DNA from: an uncultured Citrobacter sp.
GTDB taxonomy: Bacteria > Bacteroidota > Bacteroidia > Chitinophagales > Chitinophagaceae
Reading direction: 5' to 3'
NCBI GenBank assembly: GCA_964395095.1
Contig: CAYMZZ010000003.1
Coordinates: 195,601-259,600, forward strand
DNA: 64,000 nt
How positions within the stretch are numbered: the first letter of the stretch is position 1; each line of letters starts with the position of its first letter. Shown here piece by piece: positions 16,388 to 26,488 of the stretch. Under the pieces are notes generated by a model that was not told where the DNA came from, did not search any database, and was given only the letters and a program-made list of their open reading frames with translations. The position numbers were made by a program, and so were the translations under genes.

Positions 16388-19300
16388 CTAATTTTCGCGG
16401 GGCAGGCTGAAGTAGAAGCAGGTGCCGCGACCTTCCTCCGATTCCACCCAGATGCGGCCACCCAGGTTTTCTACCTGCTTTTTCACGATGGCAAGTCCGA
16501 TGCCCGTACCTCCAAAATTATCCTGTTGGTGGAGGCGCTGAAATATCACGAAAACTTTCTCGAAATATTCCGGGTGAATGCCGATGCCATTGTCCTGTAT
16601 GGCAAAGATCCATTCCGAATCCTGTTCCGAACAGGTAATTTCCACCCTTGCCGGCTGATTCGGTTTCGCATATTTCAGGGCATTGCTGATCAGGTTTTGA
16701 AATATCTGCCGGAAAGCCGTTTTATAGCTATGCACAACTGGCATGTTGTCTACAACAATATTTGCATTTTTATCTGCGATCAGGGTTTTTTGCAATTCGC
16801 ATACGCCATGAATGATTTCCTGTACCGAGAAGCTCGCCTTCGCTTCGCTTTGCCGGCCTGCCCGGGAAAACGCGAGAAGGTCCAGAATCAATTGTCGCAT
16901 ACGTTTGGCGCCATCCACCGCAAAGCGCATATATTGGCGCGCCCGCTCATCGAGCCCGTCGCCATACTGGGAATCCAGGCGGCTGATAAATCCGGTAACC
17001 ATGCGCAGGGGTTCCTGCAGGTCGTGCGAGGCCACATAGGCAAACTGCTCCAGCTCGGCATTGGAAAGCGCCAGCTCCCTCGCACGCTTATCAAGCGCCT
17101 CATTCAACTCGCGCAGCGATTCTTCATATTGTTTCCGATAGGTAAGATCGCTCACGGTTCCCACCATGCGCACCGCGCGTCCCGTGGCATCCCGCATGAG
17201 TCCCCCTCTGTCTACCACAAAAGCGTAAGTACCATCGCTTTTCAAATAGCGGTATTCTTCGCGCCAGCGCGATATGTCGGGATTCTCAATAGCCGCTTCG
17301 AGGCTTTGGAGTACCCGTTCCTTATCATCCGGATGAATGCGCTTACTCCAGAATTCAGGCGTCATATCATCCGGATGAAGCGGATGCCCAAAGAGATGGG
17401 TATATCCTTCGCCCCAAAGCAGGGTTTCATTGGGGAAATCCCAATCCCAAATAGCATCATTGGTGGCCTGTGCCACCAGTTGAAATCGTTCATTCGATTC
17501 TCTGATCTCCCTTTCGGCCCTGCGTCGCTGGCTGATATCTTTTATGAATAGGGAAAGGCCGGTTTCAGCAGGGTAGAGATTGATCTCGAGCCATTTTTCA
17601 AGGCTGGGAAAATAAGCTTCGAGGCTTTGCTTTTCGCCTCCACTCATTACCTGCTGACAACGCTGCTGAATATGGGCGATCTTTCTGTCTTGGAAAAAAA
17701 GCCAGAATTCCCGGCCCAGCACTTTTTCCCTATTATGGTCCAGGATGGTTTCAGCCATACGGTTCCAATAGTTAATCTTCCAATCGGTATCAATCGCAAT
17801 AAACGCATCGCCAATACTTTCAAGGATGGTGCTGATACGCAGCTCCAGGGTTTTGGCGGCATGAATATCCTGTAAACTCCCGTATACTCGTGTGCAACGA
17901 CCCTGGTAAAATTCGCCCTTTCCAATACAACGGATCCATCGGGGATGCCCATCTGTTGTTGTCAACAGCAGCTCTTCGTCGAATGCCACACCCTCGTCAA
18001 TCAGTTTTTGGATAGCGGTGCCTATTCGTTCCCGGCTCTCGGGCACATAAAATTCAAGCCCACCGGTAAAACTGGGAATATAATCATCCGGTACTCCGAG
18101 TATTTCTCGGGTCATGGGCGACCAGTACATTTCATGCTGTTCTGGCTGGTTAAGGTCCAGCTCCCAACTTCCGATTCGCGCCATTTCGGTGGCGCTCAGC
18201 AACAGCTCTTCCAGCTTCTTCTTCTCGGTAATATCCTTTCCATAGCCAAAGATGGTTCCGCTTTCTCCCCGCAACTGCGATGCGCTCCAAAGAATCCATT
18301 TATACGACCCTTGTCGTGTACGATACCGGCATTCGATGGAAATTGATTCTTCCCCGTTCAGCACCCTGCGAAATCCTGCAAGCATGGCTTCCTGGTCATC
18401 CGGATGCACCAGGTTGAGGGCGGGTGTGGCTTTTAGTTCGCTTTGGGTCCAGCCCAATACATTTGTGAAAGCCGCATTTAACATCTTGAAGTTGGCTTCC
18501 AGGTCAATCAGGCAGAGCATTTCCGGCGAATCGTTGAAGAAGCGGCTAAACAGGTCTTCGCTTTGCTTACGCCTGATTTCAGCAGCCAGCAGGGGTTGCA
18601 GTTCCTCAAAAAGTAGCTGATACCGTTCCAGGCTTTCCATGGAACTCCGGCTGCCAAACATCAGCACCCCCATAAACTGACCTGCATGAAACAGCGGTAG
18701 TGCCATCATGGATTGAATACCAGCCGCCATGGCCGCACTCTTGCGCAAGTAACCCGGATGCGTGCTTACCTGATCCCAGGTAAGCGTAACCCCTTTTTCC
18801 CAGGCGATGCCCGGCATGCCTTCTCCGATCTGCACCTGACGAATTTGGGTGGGGTCCTCATAAAAATGCGAGTGCAAGCTGGAATTATTAAGATAAGCTT
18901 TCAGCCTTAGTGTGTGCTCATCATAATCCAGAGTCCAGAATTCGGCCATGTCAAATTCCCCAAATCTCACCATATGTTTCAATGTGGAATCCAGCGCTTC
19001 ATCCAGCGTATTGGTCACGGAAAAGATCTCGCTTATTTCTTTCAGCAACAGTTTTTGCTGATCATATCTCTTCTTTTCCTGGTCAAGCAGGTAAACTCTG
19101 GTGATGTCTTTTACGGCAACTACCCTGAACCGCATTCCGTCGCGTTCTTCCAGCAGGGTGGAATGAAGGTCGATATGGATAGTATCCCCTCTGCTGGTCA
19201 GCGCCTCCCATTCCGCCGGTATATCTGATCCCAGGTCCATAAAACTGGTATGCAGGTCCAGCATCAACTCTTTTTGCACGTCCGGAAAAAGGTCAAAAAA

Positions 19301-19924
19301 AGCTTTGCCTTTCAAATCATCATAGCTGTACCCAAAAATTTCGCCGAAACGGGGATTCAGGTCTACCAGATATCCTGACTTATCCAGCAATCCAATGCCA
19401 ACCGGTACGGCTCGAAATACGGAGTCAATTAATTTTTCCCTGGCATGCAGCCTGGCAATGGCCTCCCGGTAGTCCGTTGTGTCTTCGAGTGTCAGAATGG
19501 TCCCCGCCTGATCTGGACTCTTCCTCGCTCTTATCCTCAGCCAATGCATTTTACCATCCACGCTCTTCATGCCCAACTCAATTTCATGGCTGTTCCGGTG
19601 CCGCAACTGATCGATTAAATCAGCTACCAGCACCTGCTGCGCAGGCGGCAGGATTTCAACAAATGGATTTCGCTGTGCTTGTATCCGGGAAAGTTTATCG
19701 CCCCAAAAATCGAGCGCCGGGTGGTTATAGTAACGTACCAGTCCCTGCGCATCGAGTATCAATACGAGTATATCGGCCTGCTCGGTCAGCAGGTCGAAAA
19801 GGCCCGCTTTTTCAGCATTCGAAAGTTGCTGCGTGTCTGCGGAATGCCTCCGGGATGCTGGGCTATTCGTTGGTGGATGGCTGTCCTTGTCCTCTTGCAT
19901 GGCGAACGGGATGGAATCAGCCAT
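16388..19924 (-). CDS. multi-PAS/GAF sensor histidine kinase
   Basis: 1178 aa with repeated PAS/PAC modules and a GAF-like segment. The H-box is FAYVASHDLQEPLRMV; the N/G boxes are QNLISNALKY, QDNGIGI and GTGIGLAIVKK. Confidence 0.9.
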   Translation of the reverse strand: MADSIPFAMQEDKDSHPPTNSPASRRHSADTQQLSNAEKAGLFDLLTEQADILVLILDAQGLVRYYNHPALDFWGDKLSRIQAQRNPFVEILPPAQQVLVADLIDQLRHRNSHEIELGMKSVDGKMHWLRIRARKSPDQAGTILTLEDTTDYREAIARLHAREKLIDSVFRAVPVGIGLLDKSGYLVDLNPRFGEIFGYSYDDLKGKAFFDLFPDVQKELMLDLHTSFMDLGSDIPAEWEALTSRGDTIHIDLHSTLLEERDGMRFRVVAVKDITRVYLLDQEKKRYDQQKLLLKEISEIFSVTNTLDEALDSTLKHMVRFGEFDMAEFWTLDYDEHTLRLKAYLNNSSLHSHFYEDPTQIRQVQIGEGMPGIAWEKGVTLTWDQVSTHPGYLRKSAAMAAGIQSMMALPLFHAGQFMGVLMFGSRSSMESLERYQLLFEELQPLLAAEIRRKQSEDLFSRFFNDSPEMLCLIDLEANFKMLNAAFTNVLGWTQSELKATPALNLVHPDDQEAMLAGFRRVLNGEESISIECRYRTRQGSYKWILWSASQLRGESGTIFGYGKDITEKKKLEELLLSATEMARIGSWELDLNQPEQHEMYWSPMTREILGVPDDYIPSFTGGLEFYVPESRERIGTAIQKLIDEGVAFDEELLLTTTDGHPRWIRCIGKGEFYQGRCTRVYGSLQDIHAAKTLELRISTILESIGDAFIAIDTDWKINYWNRMAETILDHNREKVLGREFWLFFQDRKIAHIQQRCQQVMSGGEKQSLEAYFPSLEKWLEINLYPAETGLSLFIKDISQRRRAEREIRESNERFQLVAQATNDAIWDWDFPNETLLWGEGYTHLFGHPLHPDDMTPEFWSKRIHPDDKERVLQSLEAAIENPDISRWREEYRYLKSDGTYAFVVDRGGLMRDATGRAVRMVGTVSDLTYRKQYEESLRELNEALDKRARELALSNAELEQFAYVASHDLQEPLRMVTGFISRLDSQYGDGLDERARQYMRFAVDGAKRMRQLILDLLAFSRAGRQSEAKASFSVQEIIHGVCELQKTLIADKNANIVVDNMPVVHSYKTAFRQIFQNLISNALKYAKPNQPARVEITCSEQDSEWIFAIQDNGIGIHPEYFEKVFVIFQRLHQQDNFGGTGIGLAIVKKQVENLGGRIWVESEEGRGTCFYFSLPREN

Positions 19925-19993
19925 AAATTAGGAAAGAATGATGAGTTGAACAAGTTGAAGACCCATTAATCCCATCAATTCTTTGTCATTTGT

Positions 19994-22804
19994 TTAGCTG
20001 AAGAGAAAACGAATATCTTCTTCTGTCAGGTTTTGAACAAAACCGGTATCCTCATTTCCGATCAATTCTTCGGTGAGGCGGCTTTTTTTCTGTTGCAATT
20101 GAAGAATTCTTTCCTCTATGCTGTCTCTGCACAACATACGGTAGGCGAAAACGCTGCGCGTTTGTCCGATCCGATGGGTGCGGTCGATGGCCTGCTGCTC
20201 CACGGCACGGTTCCACCAGGGGTCAAAGAGAAATACATAATCAGCCGCCGTAAGATTAAGCCCGGCATTGCCCGCTTTAAGGCTGAGCAAAAACACGGGG
20301 GGAGAATTTTCTTCCTGGTTAAACTGATTAACCTGTCTTTGCCGATCCTCCACCCTGGTTTGGCCATCCAGTCGCAGGAACGCTATATCCCGCTTCCGCA
20401 ATTCTTTTTCCAGCAGATCGAGCATGCGGGTGAATTGCGAAAACACCAATGCCTTGCTGCCGGCTGCCAGGTTTTCGAGTTCCTCAAGCAGCACTTCTGT
20501 CTTAACGGAATCATAGCTGAACAGGGATTCATCCTGCACCAACTCACAGGAATTACAGGCCATGCGCAACTTCAATATGCCCTGCAATACATTCAATCGT
20601 CCGGCTTCAAGGCCCTGCTCATGGATCTGTAGAAAGAGATTAGACTTTACCTGTTCGCGGATGGAATCGTATGCCAAACGCTGGTCGCTGCCCATCTCGC
20701 ACCAAAGTATGGATTCCACTTTCTCGGGCAGATCGGTGGCTACCTGTTCCTTGGTTCTGCGCAGGATAAAGGGGGCCGTAATTTTCTGCAGGGCTCTTGT
20801 TTTATCTGCATCCCCCTGCCGGTCGATGGGGTCGGCATATTCCCGCTTAAAGAATTCGCGGCTGCCAAACATGCCGGGCAATAGAAACTGAAACTGACCA
20901 TAGAGATCAAAAGTATTGTTCATGACCGGAGTGCCACTTAAGGCGAAGCGGACATGGCATTGCAGTTCATAAACCGCACGGGCAGTAAGCGAGGCCGGAT
21001 TTTTAATGCTGTGGCTTTCATCAGCGATGATGCTGTCAAAAACAAGATCCCTGAACTGTTCCAGATCGCTGCGCAATGTGCCATAGCTGGTGATCAGGAT
21101 GGCACCGCCACCGTTGCGCCAGTTTTCGCTGTTCCGCTGCGTGCCATGATGCAGGATAACCGGGATGGAAGGTGCGAATCGCTGCAATTCCTGTTGCCAG
21201 TTGTAGAGCAGGCTGCTGGGGCAAACGACCAGGTGCAGGGCGCCCGGATCGGCTTCGAGTCGCGATGCCAGGTAAGCGATGGTCTGCAATGTTTTACCAA
21301 GACCCATATCATCGGCCAGGCAACCACCGGCATGGATCTCCGATAAAAGCCGCATCCAATCGTAGCCCTTTTGCTGATAGGGCCGCAGCGTTACTGCTTC
21401 GAGCTGTGTGGGAAGGGGATACAAAGGGGCACCCTTCTGGTCGCGCCATTGGCTCCAGTTTTTCCACCATCCTGCCGGTATCAGCTTGCCCGGTTCTTCG
21501 GTTTGTGCGCTCAGCGCGGCCCAACGGCCAATACGGATCCCCTTCTTCTGCACTTTGGCATGCTTAAGCAACTGTCCATACTGCGCCTGCCACTCATCCG
21601 TCAGTAAGCCCAGACTGCCATCTTTCAGCAATACCGCTTTCTGTCCGGCCCACAACATTTTCTGTAATTCCTGAAGGGGAATGATTTCTTTTCCAAATTT
21701 CACCTGCATCGAAAAATGGAGCCAGTCAGCTTCTTCGGATTCCAGCTCCAGCAGGGTCGCTATTTTTTCCGGAGAATACCGGAAATGACGGAGCATATCC
21801 ATGCCCAGCACATCTATTTCCCGGTCGAGTAGCAAATGATAAGTTTTGGCAAACCATTGTTTTTTCTGTGCATCGGCAAACGACAGGTAAAAGTAGCCAT
21901 TCAGTTGCCGCTCAAAATTCGGGTGAAGCGATTCGAGCAATTCGCGCAAAGGATTCTCCTGTTCTTTGTCGCGTACAACAATATAGGTTTTGCCGTTCCG
22001 GATGATTTCTGTTTCGGCGGTCCATTCCCCTTCCATCACAAAGCCTTCGTAGTTCCATTGCGGGGTAAGCACCAGGAAATTATTGCTGATCTCGCTGAGC
22101 AGTACCTGAAAGCCAGGCGGGGAGGCTATTTTTTCAACACCCAGCAACTGGCTGCTATTAACGCGATAGTCGCTCTGTACCCGGGCGAGTACCTGTTCAC
22201 GGAAAGCGGTTCCTTCCAGCGGGGCTTGTTGCTGAAGCCATTCCAGCAGTTGGTAATCCTTCCAGCTGAGCAGGAAGTATTCATTTTGGCTGCGAAGCAG
22301 GAAATGATGGCGTTCAAAACTTGCGAGCGGAAATTTTCCATCATTCAATTCTACCTGGCAATCAAGGATAAAAAGGCCTTCTTTTTTTTGCACGTCAAAA
22401 CCAAGGATGACGCGCAGGGGACTGAAAATGCATGGGCCCGAAAGCATGCGGCCCGCATTCAGGGGAACCCGATGCATCCATTCGCAAAGGGGCAGAAAGG
22501 GCTTGAGACTATGCAGATGCGTATAAGCCATTTTCAACAGGGCCTGCTGACGATATGCCTGATGGGTACCCGACAGCTTTCCATTTCTATCAATCTCTGC
22601 CTTTGCGCTGAGGAGTGATGATTTTGTAAAAAAGGAGAGGGCATCCCGCGCTTCTTTAGGCAGATTGGGAAACTTCTCCCGCAGGAGGGCGGGCACGGGT
22701 TCAAAGGTTTCTATCTGGGGGATGCCGGCTTTTTTGGTGAGTTCCGCAGCTTCAATCAACAACCAGTCTTTACCCAGCTTATGAGGCGAAAGCAAGAGTT
22801 TCAT
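19994..22804 (-). CDS. SNF2-family DEAD/DEAH-box helicase
   Basis: 936 aa. Motifs are I ADDMGLGKTLQ, II IADESHSIKN and C-terminal LLSLKAGNAGLNLTAADYVFLFDPWWNRAVEQQAIDRTHRIGQ. I recognise no motif in the N-terminal ~470 aa. Confidence 0.9.
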   Translation of the reverse strand: MKLLLSPHKLGKDWLLIEAAELTKKAGIPQIETFEPVPALLREKFPNLPKEARDALSFFTKSSLLSAKAEIDRNGKLSGTHQAYRQQALLKMAYTHLHSLKPFLPLCEWMHRVPLNAGRMLSGPCIFSPLRVILGFDVQKKEGLFILDCQVELNDGKFPLASFERHHFLLRSQNEYFLLSWKDYQLLEWLQQQAPLEGTAFREQVLARVQSDYRVNSSQLLGVEKIASPPGFQVLLSEISNNFLVLTPQWNYEGFVMEGEWTAETEIIRNGKTYIVVRDKEQENPLRELLESLHPNFERQLNGYFYLSFADAQKKQWFAKTYHLLLDREIDVLGMDMLRHFRYSPEKIATLLELESEEADWLHFSMQVKFGKEIIPLQELQKMLWAGQKAVLLKDGSLGLLTDEWQAQYGQLLKHAKVQKKGIRIGRWAALSAQTEEPGKLIPAGWWKNWSQWRDQKGAPLYPLPTQLEAVTLRPYQQKGYDWMRLLSEIHAGGCLADDMGLGKTLQTIAYLASRLEADPGALHLVVCPSSLLYNWQQELQRFAPSIPVILHHGTQRNSENWRNGGGAILITSYGTLRSDLEQFRDLVFDSIIADESHSIKNPASLTARAVYELQCHVRFALSGTPVMNNTFDLYGQFQFLLPGMFGSREFFKREYADPIDRQGDADKTRALQKITAPFILRRTKEQVATDLPEKVESILWCEMGSDQRLAYDSIREQVKSNLFLQIHEQGLEAGRLNVLQGILKLRMACNSCELVQDESLFSYDSVKTEVLLEELENLAAGSKALVFSQFTRMLDLLEKELRKRDIAFLRLDGQTRVEDRQRQVNQFNQEENSPPVFLLSLKAGNAGLNLTAADYVFLFDPWWNRAVEQQAIDRTHRIGQTRSVFAYRMLCRDSIEERILQLQQKKSRLTEELIGNEDTGFVQNLTEEDIRFLFS

Positions 22805-22932
22805 AGTGTGGGCAAATGTAAAGGAATCAGGCTGCTGTAGCGGGTCGATTTATCGACAGGTTTTCCCAACCTGCGCAGGCCTGCTGAATAATTTGCATCT
22901 TTGTTGCTCCACCAGGAAAAGGAACAGGAAGC

Positions 22933-23883
22933 ATGCATATTGTAATCACCGGCGGCGCAGGATTTATCGGGAGCCATTTGATTCAGTCCGTTTTTAGAAA
23001 AAATCCGGAAGCGGTGGTCACCTGCATCGATAATTTCGATCCCTTTTATCCCGAAGCCATTAAGCGAAAACAGATCCATCCTTTTTTGAATTTGCCGGGA
23101 TTTCGTCTGTTGGAGCTCGATCTTTCCGAGCATACCGCAGCGGAACTGGACGCGCTGATTCCACAACCAGTAGATTGTATCGTGCACCTGGCGGCCAAAG
23201 CGGGAGTGAGGCCCAGTATTGAAGATCCCGAAGGATACCTGCGGGCCAATGTATGGGGGCTGCAGCACTTGCTCGACTTTGCCCGGCTTCGTGGCATTAA
23301 GCAGTTTGTATTTGCCTCCAGCAGCAGCGTTTATGGGGTGAATCCACGGCTTCCCTGGCGGGAAGATGAAAAGCTGATGCCCATCAGCCCCTATGCCATG
23401 ACCAAGCTCAGCGGTGAAATGATGGGGCATGTATATCATCGCTTATACGATATCCGATTTATAGCCTTGCGTTTTTTCACCGTGTATGGACCCGATCAGC
23501 GACCCGACCTGGCAATTCATTCTTTCGCGCGAAAGATACTGAAGGGAGAACCGATACGGATGTATGGAAAGGGGGATAGCTCGCGCGATTATACTTATAT
23601 CGATGATATTGTGCGGGGCATTGAAGCAGCCATGCGCTATGCGGAAAGCGGCTATGAAATCATCAACCTGGGCAATAGCGAAACGGTTTCGTTGCGCGAA
23701 CTAATAGCGGCCCTCGAGCAGCATTGTGGTAAAAAAGCAATCATAGAAGAATGGCCCGAACAGCCGGGCGATGTGCCACATACCTATGCCGATATCGGGA
23801 AAGCAAAAAAATTACTCAACTATCAGCCAGAAGTGAGTTTGGAGGAAGGATTGGGAAGGTTTGTGGAATGGTTGTTTAAGTAG
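22933..23883 (+). CDS. NAD-dependent epimerase/dehydratase (UDP-sugar 4-epimerase-like SDR)
   Basis: Rossmann motif ITGGAGFIGSH, catalytic YAMTKLSGE (YxxxK), then RFFTVYGP. Confidence 0.85.
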   Translation: MHIVITGGAGFIGSHLIQSVFRKNPEAVVTCIDNFDPFYPEAIKRKQIHPFLNLPGFRLLELDLSEHTAAELDALIPQPVDCIVHLAAKAGVRPSIEDPEGYLRANVWGLQHLLDFARLRGIKQFVFASSSSVYGVNPRLPWREDEKLMPISPYAMTKLSGEMMGHVYHRLYDIRFIALRFFTVYGPDQRPDLAIHSFARKILKGEPIRMYGKGDSSRDYTYIDDIVRGIEAAMRYAESGYEIINLGNSETVSLRELIAALEQHCGKKAIIEEWPEQPGDVPHTYADIGKAKKLLNYQPEVSLEEGLGRFVEWLFK

Positions 23884-24050
23884 TAAGTGGTAAGTGGTAA
23901 GTGGTAAGTAGGAAGTAGGAAGTAGGAAGTTGTATGTAGGTAAGGTTGGTAATTAGCACTTTAAAAATTAACTCTAGTAAACTATCAAACTTAAAACATA
24001 AAACTTCCTACTTCCTACTTACCACTTACCACTTACTACTTACAACTTCC
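23881..24050. repeat. inverted heptamer-word element between convergent genes
   Basis: The left arm is gtaagtg x3, gtaagta, ggaagta x2 and so on. The right arm is the complementary cttccta, cttacca words. The arms overlap the stop codons of both flanking genes. Confidence 0.85.
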
Positions 24051-24975
24051 CATACACTTTCCGCACCGTATACGTTTTCTTATTCTGCGATTCAAAATAC
24101 GTTCTGATATTGATGTCGGCAATGATGCCGATGGTGATTAACTGTATTCCTCCCAAAACCAGGATTAGCCCCAGGATCAGCAGGGGACGGTTCCAGATAT
24201 CCTGGCCCATTATTTTGATGATGAGCAGGTATAGATTGATCAATACGCCAAGACCCAGGCTGATGAAGCCGATAGTTCCAAAAAGGTGCATGGGCTTTTG
24301 CAGGTATTTGCGGAAGAACACCATCAGGATCAGATCGGCCATCACTTTGAACGTGCGGTTGATGCCGTATTTGCTTTTGCCAAACTGGCGTGCATGATGT
24401 TTTACATCTACTTGTGTAATGCGTGCGCCCTGCAACTTGGCCAAAACAGGAATAAACCGGTGCAACTCTCCATAAAGACCCAGCTCCTCCGCGATCTCGC
24501 GGCGAAATACTTTCAGCGTGCACCCGTAGTCTCTGATATAAACGCCGGTCATGCGGCGGATCAGCGCATTGGCTATGCGGCTGGGGATCTTCCGGAGAAA
24601 TATACCATCCTTGCGGTTCTTTCTGTTGCCGGCAACAACATCCCAGTCTTCCCGCTTGAGCAGGTTGAGCATAGCGGGGATATCGGTGGGGTCATTTTGC
24701 AGGTCGCCATCGATCAGGGCCACATAAGTGCCGGAGGAATGGTCGATGCCAGCCGTCATGGCCGTACTTTGACCATAGTTTTTGCGCAACTGCACCAGCA
24801 CGGTGCGCTCATCGCTGTGTTCCAGTACCTGGGCCACCGTTTTGTCGGTGGAGCCATCATCTACCAGGACTACTTCATAATCGATACCTGCCAGTGCGGT
24901 CCGCACCGAGGCCAGTAGAGGAGCGATATTCTCCTCTTCATTCATGACCGTAATGATTACCGATAATTCGCGCAT
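24040..24975 (-). CDS. family 2 glycosyltransferase (polyprenyl-phosphate sugar transferase-like)
   Basis: GT2 core SVIITVMNEE...VLVDDGSTD...ALIDGDLQND, with two C-terminal TM helices as in DPM1/ArnC/GtrB-type enzymes. Confidence 0.85.
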   Translation of the reverse strand: MRELSVIITVMNEEENIAPLLASVRTALAGIDYEVVLVDDGSTDKTVAQVLEHSDERTVLVQLRKNYGQSTAMTAGIDHSSGTYVALIDGDLQNDPTDIPAMLNLLKREDWDVVAGNRKNRKDGIFLRKIPSRIANALIRRMTGVYIRDYGCTLKVFRREIAEELGLYGELHRFIPVLAKLQGARITQVDVKHHARQFGKSKYGINRTFKVMADLILMVFFRKYLQKPMHLFGTIGFISLGLGVLINLYLLIIKIMGQDIWNRPLLILGLILVLGGIQLITIGIIADINIRTYFESQNKKTYTVRKVYGKL

Positions 24976-24993
24976 GCATGCGAAGGTAGGAGA

Positions 24994-25192
24994 AATCGTG
25001 AATCGTGAGGCGTGAGGCGTGAGGGAGTTTAGGGTTTAAGGTTTAGGGTTTAAGGTTTAAGATCCTTTAGATCAATTAGCAGAAAGAGCCGAAAGCATAT
25101 TTGACCCTCCAACTTCAAACTTTCAACCCTCAACTTTCAACCTTAAACCCTAAACCTTAAACTCCCTCACGCCTCACGCCTCACGATTCACG
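24994..25192. repeat. inverted word-repeat element (CGTGAGG plus GTTTAAG words)
   Basis: The left arm is aatcgtgaatcgtgaggcgtgaggcgtgagggagtttagggtttaaggtttagggtttaaggtttaag. The right arm mirrors it: ...ccttaaaccctaaaccttaaactccctcacgcctcacgcctcacgattcacg. Confidence 0.85.
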
Positions 25193-25199
25193 TTCTTCC

Positions 25200-26456
25200 T
25201 CACCCCACTCCTGCCAGCTCCAGGCTTCTCTTCTTCAGTTTGCGGATTTCCACATCTTCTATCAATGGATCGGGGGTGAGGATGAGGGAGCAGCCATTTT
25301 CGCGCCACCAGTTATTGTCTTTCAGTTCGCGGAAGGCCAACACGCCCACCAGGTATTTTCTTTCCTCCTGGGCATACCACTCTTCAATCCATTCAAAGCG
25401 TTCACGGGGCACATGCTTCAGATCGTTGAAGCTGACATAAACCCGCAGGTAAGCGTCACTGGCGATAGTATGCGGGCGGTGGTGATAAAGCTTTTTGTAT
25501 TCGTATTTGTATTGATAGCGTAGCGCGGCTATATCGCTCAGCACGGCCGAAGCCGTGGGCAGGCTGCCGGCACCTTTGCCATAGAAGAATTGCTTATCGG
25601 CAAATCCGCTTTCGATTACCACGCCATTGTATTCGTTCTTGACAAACGACAGGTGGTCGTCGGCATTCACAAATTGTGGCAGCACAAATGCCGCTACCTG
25701 GCCATTGCGCAGTTTTTGCGCCTGCGCTACCAGGCGAATTTGCTGATTGCGCGAGCGGGCAACCGTGGCATCGCCGGCCTGGATATGCTGTATGCCATTG
25801 AAAAGAATATTCTCAGGCCTTTCGGTAATGCCATAGGCATGCGTGAGCAGAAAGGTCCATTTGTTTACCGCATCATAGCCTTCCACATCCAGCACAGGAT
25901 TGCTTTCGGCAAAACCCAATTGCTGCGCCAGCACCAGGGCTTGCTTAAAGTCGAGCCCCTCTTCAAACATTTTGGTGAGGATGAAGTTGGTGCTGCCATT
26001 TACAATAGCCCGAATGGAATGGAGCAGGTCGTTGTCATAATATTCCTCCAGGTTTCGGATAACCGGAATGGAGGCACAGGCGGCTGATTCATACAGGAGG
26101 CTGCGGCCGGTTTCATTTTGCAGCGCGAGGAGTTCATGGAGGTGTTCGGCAATCATCTTCTTACTGGCGCTTACCACGTCTTTTCCATTGCGCAAAGCCG
26201 TGGTCACAATGTCGAAAGCGGCATCGGCATCATCAATCACTTCCACTATAACGTTAATATCCGGATCCTGCAACAGCAGGTCTTTATCAGTTGTAAACAA
26301 TTCTGCCGGCGCATTGCGTTGCTTGCCCGGATTCTTGATACAAACTTTCCTAAGTTCTGCCTTCAGGGAAGGGGTCTGCTGCAATACGCGGTATAGTCCT
26401 TCTCCTACCACGCCAAATCCAAAGAGGCCAATCCTGAGTTCCTTATGGGAGTCCAT
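25200..26456 (-). CDS. hom: homoserine dehydrogenase
   Basis: 418 aa with NAD-binding GLFGFGVVGEG and the catalytic region LAQQLGFAESNPVLDVEGYDA. It is the last gene of the met operon. Confidence 0.85.
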   Translation of the reverse strand: MDSHKELRIGLFGFGVVGEGLYRVLQQTPSLKAELRKVCIKNPGKQRNAPAELFTTDKDLLLQDPDINVIVEVIDDADAAFDIVTTALRNGKDVVSASKKMIAEHLHELLALQNETGRSLLYESAACASIPVIRNLEEYYDNDLLHSIRAIVNGSTNFILTKMFEEGLDFKQALVLAQQLGFAESNPVLDVEGYDAVNKWTFLLTHAYGITERPENILFNGIQHIQAGDATVARSRNQQIRLVAQAQKLRNGQVAAFVLPQFVNADDHLSFVKNEYNGVVIESGFADKQFFYGKGAGSLPTASAVLSDIAALRYQYKYEYKKLYHHRPHTIASDAYLRVYVSFNDLKHVPRERFEWIEEWYAQEERKYLVGVLAFRELKDNNWWRENGCSLILTPDPLIEDVEIRKLKKRSLELAGVG

Positions 26457-26488
26457 GCTCTGTTTATTTTTTTATGTGGGTTGATTTG

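Noticed and set aside
16379-17551. 390-aa plus-strand ORF
   Set aside because: It is fully antisense to the well-supported PAS histidine kinase gene and has an Arg/His/Phe-rich composition without motifs. This is a typical shadow ORF.
22801-23439. 212-aa ORF whose stop overlaps the SNF2 start as ATGA, suggesting a translationally coupled partner such as a SWIM protein
   Set aside because: About 500 nt of it are antisense to the clearly genuine epimerase gene (GGAGFIGSH, YxxxK). Its sequence has no zinc-finger or other motif and looks like an antisense translation. The ATGA overlap is taken as coincidence.
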